Source of the DNA: Eledone cirrhosa
Lineage: Eukaryota
Length of the DNA stretch: 64,000 bases
Direction: 5' to 3'
NCBI GenBank assembly: GCA_964016885.1
Contig: OZ024740.1
Span: 363,630,001-363,694,000, forward strand
Shown: in pieces, positions 1 to 19,650 of the stretch
Layout: every line of letters begins with the position of its first letter
Position numbering within the stretch: position 1 is the stretch's first letter
Translations under genes and position numbers: made by a program
Notes under the pieces: generated by a model
Seen by the model: only the letters and a program-made list of their open reading frames with translations
Database searches by the model: none
What the model was told of the DNA's origin: nothing

Positions 1-53
1 ACACTGGAATAATTGCTGGCCTTGTGCCAAAAGTAGAAACAGTTATTTATCTT

Positions 54-1422
54 TAGAGGTACCCGGCGTTGCTCGGGTATTAAATAGCAGTTGTGTATAC
101 CATTTATGTCAATACTTCAGTGCTACTTCGAAAACTATACTTTTACAAAATCATCGGATTTTTCCAAAAGAGGGTTCCTGGCCCAAGGGGTTCCCTATTC
201 AATATGTGCCAATTCTGAGAGTTCACATTCATATGTAGGACAAACGTAGCCCATGTGTCAAGTTTTATGAAAATCGGTCGCGAACTCCAGAAGTTATGAC
301 GTTTTGTTGCCTTGCACTGCAGTTCTTCAGTCGACTCCAAGGAACTGGTTAAAGGGGGTTATCTGCCTGGAGGCCCTATAATCAATATCTGGAAAAATGA
401 AAGTGCCCATGACCATCCCGAGTACATAAGTAACCTATGTCTTAAGTTTGGTGAAAATACTGTAAAAATGCTTGAGGTTTATACACGCGCGCTTGTGTGT
501 GTGTGGGGGGGGGGGGGTATGTATTGGTGTGTGCGTATGTATGTGTATGTCCGTCGGGGCATACGTATGTACTGGCCTAAATCTTTACTATTTACTTTTA
601 CTATTTTAATAACCTCTGTCATTTTCGTTTTCAATTTTATTTACATCATTCTTAAACTGGAAATCATTCTGTTATGTTAAATAGAATATTAGTCTAACGA
701 CTCCATCTATACCATAAACTTGGTCTTATCTTTGCATGAAATTGTTCTTCCCGCTCCACATAACGACGTATTATCCTCGCTTTTTTCCGTTCATTGCCAG
801 GGAACGTCTTCACGAACCAAAATACCGTCTTCCTGTTTTCGTTCGGTTGCATCGTTTCTCGAAATATTTACTTCTGCGTTCACAGATTACTCTCAGTTCA
901 ATTTGAATGGGAAATTCCTGTTTCATCGATTTTCTCTCTTTTCTTTATTTTTTGTTCTCTATTCCGCAGAGAGGCGGGGGGTGAGGGAGAAAAATAGAGA
1001 GAGAGAGGGGGAAATTAGCAAGCGTTCATTAACTTTTATTTATTTATTATTTTTACGCATTTCTTAAATCTCCCAATGTTATTTATCTTTTATTTATTTT
1101 TTGTTTGCTATTGTGTAGAGGATGAGAGAGAGAAAGAAAGAGAGGAGATGAGAAAGAAAAAGGGGGTGAGGTGGATGGGGAGAGAAAGACAATAAGAAAA
1201 GAGAAAAGATGAGAGAGAAAAAAAGTAAAGAGGCAGGAGAGAGGGAGGGTGATTGGAGGGATTATTTAACTAACGTGTGTCCGCGTTTATATATATATTT
1301 ACACACACACATATGTGTTATGGGGGGTGGGGGGGGGGTCTTTAGCAGACGATATATGTTACCCTCAAAGCTTATTTTCTACATATGTCTAAAGAAATCA
1401 GATGCTTTTATAGAAGTATAGA
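54..1422 (-). mobile_element. Non-autonomous Helitron-like element
   Basis: On the minus strand it begins A|TCTATACTTCTATAAAAGC at 1422 and ends with a GC-rich hairpin CCCGAGCAACGCCGGG (62-77) followed by TACCTCTAA (CTRR). The interior has AAGTTT..TGAAAAT sub-repeats and GA/GT microsatellites. The 3' target T is not perfectly placed. Confidence 0.6.
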
Positions 1423-1674
1423 TGTATGTATTTAACAGACGAAAAAAAAAAACGGTATTTTTAAAAGATATTATTTGAATATATTATTTTCCGCTGTTAT
1501 TTGAATTAATACAGAAAATATTTTTTTTGTAGTGTTTGTCGTTTTTTTGGATACAATCTGAAATCCCAATATTTTCTACATATGTCTAAAATAAATTACA
1601 CCTTATATACATTCATATAAAGAGATCATTTAAAACAAGTTGTTTCTATTTCGGAAAGAGTGTGGTGTGTAATA

Positions 1675-1738
1675 TTGTTTCTACTTTTGGCATAAGGCCA
1701 GCAATTATTCCAGTGCATTACTGATACTTTATTTTATC
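1675..1738 (-). mobile_element. 5'-truncated SINE family A fragment with 15-bp TSD
   Basis: Matches the 3' end of SINE A and is flanked by the direct repeat GTGTGGTGTGTAATA at 1660-1674 and 1739-1753. Confidence 0.75.
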
Positions 1739-1765
1739 GTGTGGTGTGTAATAATATCACTTCAA

Positions 1766-2947
1766 ATGCCTAGAAAACATTCCAGATCATTATATGGAAG
1801 GTCATCTTCAGTGGCTAAGAGAAAGAAAACACAGCAATCTGAAGAAAGTGAAGAAGTTCGGCATGCCTGAGCAGGAGAACAAGCCACAAGTAAAATGAAC
1901 TGGCTGATGGGTGCTCTTTCTTATGACCCTCAAAAGGACTACAGCAGTAATCCACAAATCAACATTGGGAAAATGAACAAATGCTGCCAGTATTGTGGTG
2001 CCAAGAAGTGGGCATCAGAAACACCAAGTCTATGCTGATCAGAAGGCAAAGTGAGCCTTAAAACAATACAAGAACCTCCTGAATTTCTGAAGAATCTGCT
2101 CCTTCAGCATACACCAGAAGCACAACACTTCAATAAATACATCATAAAATATAATTCTGCCTTTCAAATGACATCTTTTGGGACTGACAGGAATGTCACT
2201 GACTTTAGATTCTGTACAACTTATAACATTCAGGGACAGTGTTACCACTTAATGGGTGGCCTTCTGCCACTTTCACAGGAACCTCACAAATTTGTGCAGG
2301 TTTACTTCATGAGTGGAAATGAAACACAGGCACAACAAAGATGTACCAATGTCCATGGTGGATTGCAGTTCTACATAGTCATAAAGAGCAGTGACATGTC
2401 TACCTTTATTACTGACAAAGAACTCAATGATGGTGGGCTGGATGAGGTCAAACGGTATCAAACAGGTCGATACATCTCCAGCAAGGAAGCTATCTGGCGA
2501 ATCTTTGGATTTGATATCCACGAACGCCACTCAACAGTGGTCAACCTCGCAGTCCATCTGGAAAATGGACAGAGAGTGTACTTCACTGAGATCACTGCTC
2601 ATCAGTTGGCACAAACATCACATGACACCACACTAACTGCTTTCTTTAAACTCTGCCAGAATGATGAATTTGCTCGATCCCTCCTATATGCTGAAGTCCC
2701 AACATACTACACCTGGACCAATTGCAAGACCTGGAATCGAAGAAAGCAGGGTCATTTAGTGGAAGGTCATGAAGTCAAATCAAGTGATGCAATTGGACGC
2801 GTTTACAATGTCCATCCCAACAACAGAGAATGTTTTTATTTACGGCTACTTCTGCATTCTGTTCGAGGACCAACGTCATTTGAGGATCTTAGATGCTTCA
2901 GAGGAAGGGTGTGCGCAACATACCAAGAAGCATGGACTCCTGCATAA
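1766..2947 (+). mobile_element. Helitron Rep/helicase remnant (internally deleted, stops in N-terminus)
   Basis: Starts MPRKHSRS; Zn-finger-like CQYCGAKKWASETPSLC*; then YNSAFQMTSFG, IQGQCYHLMGGLLP, GRYISSKEAIWRIFGFDIHER, LAVHLENGQRVYF, TTLTAFFKLC, FYLRLLLHSVRGPTSFEDLR, all typical of Helitron RepHel. HUH and Pif1 cores are absent. Confidence 0.9.
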
Positions 2948-3275
2948 CAATGGACACTATTTTAACAGTTCAGCAAATATAGATCAATGAAATCAGTACA
3001 AAACATGAATATAAGTACTGAAAAAACAATATGAAATTTAAATCTCACACCTTTAGGCAGGTTCAGCTGGCCTCCTACAAAATTGTATTTTATATGAGGT
3101 TTCTAAGTGTTTTAATAATAGGATCCCCAGTCATATCCTGTTATTGTTGTTACAACTGACACCTATACAGGTTTAACTGGCCTCATATGAGGTTGTATTT
3201 CATAGAGGTTTCTTGGGTGTTTTAATATGGGGCCTCAATCCTATCGATAAGTTTTGGGTATGATATGATCAACTA

Positions 3276-12653
<9,378 letters not shown>

Positions 12654-13309
12654 CTGAAATTGAAATAAATAAATGAATAAATGCAATGTTTAAGTATGCA
12701 ATTAGATTTTTTAAAAACATTATTTTATTGCTGGATGCCCTTTCTGGCACCAACATACAACATGCAGAAATATGTTGTACCAATTCTAAACTGGATACAC
12801 TGTCTAAACTGTCATGGGGCCTGCAAAGCTAACCCATATTTTAGAAAGAAAAATGGTCATAAAACACTTGTTGTAAGTGATAAGACACAACAATAAGCAT
12901 TTTAAGGGTATTTTCCCAGTTTAAGCAGGAGTTAAAATTTATTCAGACCACAGGAAGATTGTTCTTATTCCATTATCCATATCTGGGGCAGCCTTGTATT
13001 AGTTATTTGTAATGTCATGTTTTGGTTCCATATAACTAAAGTATATACACTAACCTAAGAATTAAACTCATGACCATGCTTAACACTTAACTAACAATTC
13101 AATTGTCTGGTATGACAAATGTGATGGAAATTAAGATCTTTAAACCTAATATACTTCCTCACTCAGGACTGTTTTACAACCAAATGCTGTTCTTGGCACC
13201 AACCCTTTTAGTTGTCTTTTATGATAGAAAGATATAACACTAGTGTCCCCCATCTTAGTTGTTATAGTTACATTTCAGCAGTTTTACACTCTGGTCATCT
13301 TCAGAATTA

Positions 13310-13510
13310 TACACTGGCAGTATTGGTAGAGTGTCAGACAACATGCTTTGCAGCATTTAGTTACAGTTCTTTATGTTCTGAGTTCAAATCTTGCCTTTCA
13401 TCCTTACAGGGCCAATAAAATAAAGTACCAGTAATGCACTAGAGTCGATTTAATCGACTTTTCCCTTTCCTTCAAATTGCTGACCTTGTGCCAAAAATGG
13501 AAACAATTAT
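13310..13510 (+). mobile_element. SINE family A (long variant)
   Basis: TGGCAGTATTGGTAGAG head, CTGAGTTCAAATC B-box, GCCTTTCATCCTTAC core, and CCTTGTGCCAAAA tail. Confidence 0.75.
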
Positions 13511-13915
13511 TATAAAGTGATATATTCAGGCTAGTGTCCTCATATAAGTTATTATAGTCACAACATTTCAGTTGTTGTATCCTCCAGTCATCTTCAGAAA
13601 ACTTTTCTTCATTGTACACTGATTTATTAAGACTAGTGTTTTCATATTAGTTAGAGTTGCAAAACAAAACAAAATAGGTACGTTTGAAGCTCATAATTTC
13701 CATCATACAGCAGCTACGTGATAGGGTGGGGGAAGGGGCTGGTAGCAGCAATACTGAATTTTCTTTTTAATACCAGGCAATTATATTAATTTGTGTATAT
13801 CTAAATAAAATATTTCAATGTCATACTGATCTTTAATGCTTAGTAGTTGTTTCTAATTAAATAGTGGTATTTCCATAGGATCAGCTAGTTATTATTATTA
13901 TTATTATTATTATTT

Positions 13916-14105
13916 AGTGGATTGGCAGAATCGGTAGAGGGTCGGACACCATAGTTACGTTCCTTTACGATATGAGTTCAAATCCTGCCGAGGTTGACTT
14001 TGCCTTTAATCCTTACGGGGTCGATAATCCTTACGGGGTCGATAAAATAAAGTACCAGTAATGCACTGGGTATTTCATGACCTTGTGCCTAAAGTAGAAA
14101 CAATT
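13916..14105 (+). mobile_element. SINE family A with an internal 18-bp tandem duplication
   Basis: TAATCCTTACGGGGTCGA occurs twice in the core. Confidence 0.85.
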
Positions 14106-14197
14106 ATTATTATTTTATTTTATTATTTTATTATTTTTCAATACATCAGTACGAATTAATTTTGAGCCTTAAGAAAGCTAGCACTTTTGAATAAATA

Positions 14198-14308
14198 CTT
14201 GTTTCTACTTTAGGCACAAGGCCAGCAATACCCAGTGCATTACTGGTACTTTATTTTATCGACCCCGTAAGGATGAAAGGCAAAGTCAACCTCGGCGGGA
14301 TTTGAACT
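14198..14308 (-). mobile_element. SINE family A 3' part, inverted relative to its neighbour
   Basis: Reverse complement of the core and tail; flanked by the direct repeat CTTTTGAATAAATACT, a probable TSD. Confidence 0.85.
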
Positions 14309-14402
14309 TTTGAATAAATACTAAGAGTTGTTTCCCATACATATGTCAAGAGTTATATCCCTTATTTAATTTTAATTTCTTTCATGGAATGTCACCAAAT
14401 GA

Positions 14403-14458
14403 GATTTATTTTTCAACATAGTCCCCTTGCAGTCCACACACTTCTTCCATTGCTGTGT
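14403..14458 (-). mobile_element. Mariner transposase C-terminal remnant
   Basis: Minus frame QQWKKCVDCKGDYVEK*, matching the mariner RWxKCV...GDYVEK terminus. Confidence 0.65.
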
Positions 14459-14927
14459 TAAAGGTTATTGAGGAGTGTGAGATGATGTTTGGCGTGAATG
14501 ACTTTGTACTAAATCAAATTAATTTAAATGTTCCATTGGATCTGCATGAACAACAGAGCACAGTTGAGCTAAGAGAGAAGATTGGCATTAAAGGAATCAA
14601 CCATAATATTCAAGAGATAAATGCATTAGTATAGACGTGGTGCACATGAAAGATGAAAGTTGGGTGTAGAAGGGTGAAAAGAAGCTGCAGAAGAGAAATA
14701 CATAGGAAGCAGTGGTAAAGGCTGATTACATGTGGTGAGGCTAGACCAGTCAGGTAACAATGACCAGCTCATATGTTATATTTTGGCTTGATGTCTAAGG
14801 CTGGATGCACCTCCTAATACAACCCACTTTACAGTATGTACTGGAAGCATTTTTTCATGGCTCCAGTACTACCACCTTACTGTGTGGACTGGTTGCTTTT
14901 CACCAAGGCACTAGCACTATGTGTGTA

Positions 14928-14961
<34 letters not shown>

Positions 14962-14962
<1 letters not shown>

Positions 14963-15740
14963 TACCATAGAGATCCTTATTTGTTGGGTGTTCCTTCCAA
15001 GATACGTTTAAAGCAGCACGGAGCATACGTGTGTATGCCCTGTCTAGCTTTTTCTCCAGTTTTGACGTTAGCGTCCAAGTGATAGAGCCTTAAACAAGCA
15101 CAGATTCCCAGCAGCTCTGAAGAAATTCCTTTTCAGTTTGGCCGGCAGGTTTGATTTCCATATTTTTTCCATTGCATTCAATGCTCCCCGGGCTTTTCCC
15201 AGTCTGATGTTAACATCATGTTCTGTAGAGGCGATATAGCTACCCAAGTATTTGAAGTCATCAACTTGCTTGATTATATCGCCGTTTAGACTTCGCATAC
15301 AAACTGAAAAGTCTTGATTCAGGCAAATATATTCTGTTTTGCCTGCGTTGACATAGAGTCCGATTTCCTTTGTAACTGATTCGATGCTGTGAAGTAGTGA
15401 TGTTGCATTCTTAAGGTAGTCAGCGAGGACCGCTAAATCATCTGCATCGTCAGCATCGGTGATTTTCTGAGCTGCATGGCGTCTACACTTTCGTAAACAG
15501 AGACTCAGATTTGCTGGCCACTGTTGGCGCAGCAAGGAAGAAATAGCAGGTGATGTATTGTTATGGAGTCTATCTCATGGAGCAAGAAACGCTGGTCGTC
15601 CCAAGAAGACATACGTCAAGCAACTTGAGGACAATACTGGATGCACTGCAGAGGAACTGGCAAACACTATGAGAGACAGAGATAGATGGAGGAAACGTGT
15701 CGTAGAAGGCCAAGCAAGCTCGACCTGATGATGATGATGA
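14962..15740 (+). mobile_element. RTE-clade LINE family 2 with inverted 5' segment
   Basis: Plus part 15490-15728 encodes RKQRLRFAGHCWRSKEE...GRPKKTYV...RDRDRWRKRV and ends in (TGA)n. Minus part ~15485-14962 encodes ITDADDADDL...FKYLGS...RMLRAALNVSWKEHPTNKDLYGN. Confidence 0.9.
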
Positions 15741-16364
15741 TATATATATATAAATATATACATGTTGTATATACTCAAATATAACCTGAAGGATCTGTGA
15801 CCAAAACATCGATGGTAATATGAGGGGAGGGGAGGGTCAATATACAGGGTCAATATTTTGATGATTTTTACCTTCAAATTCTATGTAAATAAGGTGCTAA
15901 AATATCTGGAGTGATCATTTCACAATGAAACACCATTTTTCTACATTTCCTATATCACCATGAGTTTTATTCATGCATTGCCTTGAGAACATTCCCACAA
16001 AGTCTTATTATTGAACATAATAAGACTTTGTGGGAATAAATATCCCCTACACACATTCACACATACATAAACACAAGTGTGTTAACTGTTTTTCTCTCTA
16101 ATTATGCTTTTTCTTTCAATCATGTTTTGTTTTATTTCAATCGCTCTCTCTCCTCTCTCTCTCTCTCTCTCCCCCTTCTACTATGAATTCTTATACAATG
16201 TTCTCTTAGTTGATCTCATTTCATTCGGGGTGTATATTAAATAAAAATTTGTTACATTTGGGAGATGGCGTTATTGTCTGCTTAAAAAAAAAGCACAATA
16301 CTCCCATCATTTGAGTAAATGGAATTAAACAAACATTTGAAAAACTTGAAACTTTATGAAACAG

Positions 16365-17250
16365 AACTGTTTCTAGTTTGGTTTCTACAGCTGGATGCCC
16401 TTCTTAATGCCAACCAGATTTACAGTGTGGACTGGGTGATTTTTATCATGGCACAAAAACAACCACTTTACAGTGTGCTTTCTGTCATGACACCAACACA
16501 ACCACTTTACAATGCTGACTGGGTGCTTTTTGTCATGATACATACATGACCACTTTACAGTGTGAGCTGGTGACTTGGTTGGGGGAGATGCATGGGGATT
16601 GGGGAGATAGATCTAGGGGCATGGGTGAGGGGTGGGGTGTTAGGACTTGGGTGGAGTGTTAGAGCATGAGAAGCGTGTTATGGCATGGAAGATGTATGGA
16701 AGGGGTGGGGGGGGGGGTGGGGGGGTGCAGGAGGAAAGTCATAAATACTAGATGTATTCTCTAACTCGACATAGAAAGGTGGGTTTTCTTTCTGTATTAC
16801 TGCATAATGCCAGCGATCTGAATCATGTGTCATCACCTTTGAGAGGTGTAATTGTGCAAGGTCAGCTTTTATCACCTCATCCCAAGTCTTCCTACCCCAT
16901 CGCTTCCATCAACTTGGCACCTTTTTATACAGCTGTCATCCTTCATACGCATCACATGTCCATACCAATGCAATTTCCTCTCCTTCACACTGCATCTTAT
17001 GCCCAGTTTCTCTCTCAGTTCATTTATATTTTACCATTCATGTATTACACATCCATCGAAGCAAGGAAGCTTCATTTCTTTCCAGTCTTTGCAGGTCCTC
17101 TGCACACAGTGCCCAAGTTTTACTTCCATGCAAAATTGCTGTTCGTATATAGGCATCATACAATGTGCCCATCATTTTAAGGGAAAAACCTTTTGTATTT
17201 AGCAGTGGTAGTAGCTCCATGAACTTTCTCGGACCCGTTGTCACTCTGTG
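16365..17250 (-). mobile_element. RTE family 1, 3' portion
   Basis: ILHGSKTWALCAEDLQRLERNEASLLRWMC; 3'UTR carries 46-bp subrepeats. Confidence 0.85.
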
Positions 17251-17254
17251 GAGA

Positions 17255-17555
17255 TTGAATGAGACTACTCCCTACCGACCCAACAGAGGGATTAGCTATC
17301 GAAATTGACAGTTATAGGGTCAAGAGGTGGTTAAAGGGACGAAGATTGGTAAAGCCACAAGACCATCAGGGATAGTTGCTGAGATGCTAAAAGCATCAGA
17401 TGTAGGAGCTGAACTAGTAACCCACATAGTCAATCAGGTAATACAGGATGGTGCCATACCCAATGACTCGTGCAGCAGTACACTAGTTAATTGCTATAAG
17501 GGAAAAGAACAGCTACTGAGGAATAAAAGTTATGAAAGTGATGGCACAGTTAATT
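17255..17555 (+). mobile_element. RTE family 1 internal fragment in the opposite orientation
   Basis: GKATRPSGIVAEMLKAS...IPNDSCSSTLVNCYKGK, homologous to 33981-34200. Confidence 0.8.
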
Positions 17556-17749
17556 AGGGAATGAAAACCTGGAAATTGTAAAGTGTTTCTCTTTTTTCCC
17601 ATACATTGGACAAACAAACCAAATTATCTACCTTCCTCATCAGCTAGCCCCTGCCAATGCAATTTCGTGCATAAGAGCAGGTTTGCATAACTGATGAAAA
17701 CAATTGGGTGTCTTTCGACTTGAACAGCAAAGTGAATATAGAAATAATT

Positions 17750-17970
17750 AATAATGGTTTCTGATTTAGGCACAAGGCCAACAACTTTGGAGGAGGGGCA
17801 AGTCGATTAAATCAACCTGGTCATTACTGGTACTTTATTTTATCAACCCCGTAAGGATGAAAGGCAAAGCTAACCTAGGCAGGATTTGAACTCAGAACAT
17901 AAAGGGCCATAACTCCATGTCACAAAGCATATTGTCTGATGCTCTGCCGATACTGCCAATCAACTGCCCA
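17750..17970 (-). mobile_element. SINE family A (long variant)
   Basis: CCCCGTAAGGATGAAAGGCAAAG core plus head. Confidence 0.8.
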
Positions 17971-18021
17971 TTACGTAAACAATTAATAGTAAGTCTTACA
18001 ACTAAACACAGGACAGGATAC

Positions 18022-18990
18022 ATCATCATCATCATCACTGTTTAACGTCCATTTTCCATGCTAGCATGGGTTAAACAAGTTGTCCTGTTGTGATAAATGC
18101 TGGGTCAGGTGACCATGTCTTGCTCATACAGAGCTGATTTTGGCTTGGTTTCTATGGCTTGATACCCTTCCTAATGCCAACTACATTTACAGTGAAGACT
18201 GGGTGCTTTTGTCGTGATACCTACATGACCACTTTACAGTGTGGACTGGGTGCTTTTGTTGTGACACCAACACAACACTTTATAGTGTAGACTAGGTGCT
18301 TTTGTTGTGTCACCAACACAACACTTTATAGTGTGGACTGGGTGCTTTTGTTGTGTCACCAACACGACCGCTTTACAGTGTGTACTGGGTGCTTTTGTCG
18401 TGATACCTACACAACCACTTTACAGTGTAAACTGGGTGCTTTTGTTGTGACACCAACACAACACTTTACAGTGTGGACTGGGTGCTTTTGTTGTGTCACC
18501 AACATGACACTTTATAGTGTGGACTGGGTGCTTTTTGTTGTGTCATCAACACAACAGTTTATAGTGTGAACTGGGTGTTTTTTGTTGTGTCACCAACACA
18601 ACACTTTATAGTGTGAACTGGGTGTTTTTTGTTGTGTCACCAACACAACACTTTATAGTGTGGACTGGGTGTTTTTTGTGTGTCACCAACACAACACTTT
18701 ATAGTGTGAACTGGGTGTTTTTTGTTGTGTCACCAACACAACACTTTATAGTGTGGACTGGGTGTTTTTTGTTGTGTCACCAACACAACACTTTATAGTG
18801 TGAACTGGGTGCTTTTTGTTGTGTCACCAACACAACACTTTATAGTGTGGACTGGGTGCTTTTGTCATGATACATACATGACCACTTTACAGTGTGGACT
18901 GGGTGCTTTTTGTTGTGGCACCAAAACAACCACTTTACAGTCTGGACGGGGGGCATGGGAGAGTAGGCAAAACAACCACTTTACAGACAT
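18022..18990 (-). repeat. RTE 3' tail carrying a tandem array of ~17 x ~46-bp units
   Basis: Unit CACTTTATAGTGTGGACTGGGTGCTTTTTGTTGTGTCACCAACACAA repeated over 18180-18990, preceded by the (CAT)n tail. Confidence 0.9.
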
Positions 18991-19439
18991 ATATAGTAAG
19001 AAAAACACAAGAAAGGACCAGTGCAGGTTAATCTACATTGGCTAGAATAGTTTTTTTTTAGATTGATTAATAAAGTACCAGTCAAGTACTAGGATCAATT
19101 CTTCCCCTTCCTCCTCCTCCTCTCCCTCACTCTCTCTCTCTAGCCTTCCCTTTCTCTCTGGAAGACATAGGCGGTGTTGAGACCTGGATAAGGATGAGCT
19201 CCACCAGGCCAGGTTTAAATGGTGTATTTCATGACAACACCCTTACAACTCCACCACGAGTTAAGGAGACTCATGGAGGGGTGGACATACATATATGCAT
19301 ATACACATGTATAGATACAGAAACATATGCATGTGTACACATATAACTGAAAACATACAGATCCACACATGCAATAACATACATTCTTTCACAGACATAC
19401 ACCGAAACACATACTGACGTACATGATAAGAAATATACA

Positions 19440-19650
19440 AGAAAAGGACCATATGATGATGAGTTTGTAGATCCAGTACCCAACATTTAGTTTCAACTTA
19501 TTATTACTGGAGCTACAGGGTATATACCAACCTGTCTGACCAAAGTATGTCAGAACTTAGATTGGAGGTAAAAAAGCAGCTCCTTAATTCCTAAGCTCCA
19601 AATGTCCTTGATATCTGGAACCTTCAATATCTGTAAAACATTCTTATGAT
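19440..19650 (+). mobile_element. R4/Dong-like (REL endonuclease) LINE C-terminal remnant
   Basis: IITGATGYIPTCL and KLQMSLISGTFNICKTFL* resemble the IIGALG...LQ...GT..I..L end of RLE-type elements. Confidence 0.5.

Noticed and set aside
312-1421. Several 60-120 aa ORFs
   Set aside because: They lie inside a non-autonomous Helitron-like repeat, have low-complexity composition and no recognisable domain.
17630-17720. CTGATGA and GAAA motifs on both strands
   Set aside because: Could not assemble stems I-III in any hammerhead topology.
18180-18990. Regular array superficially like a CRISPR array
   Set aside because: Units are contiguous tandem copies with no unique spacers, derive from an RTE 3'UTR, and lie in a eukaryotic context without cas genes.
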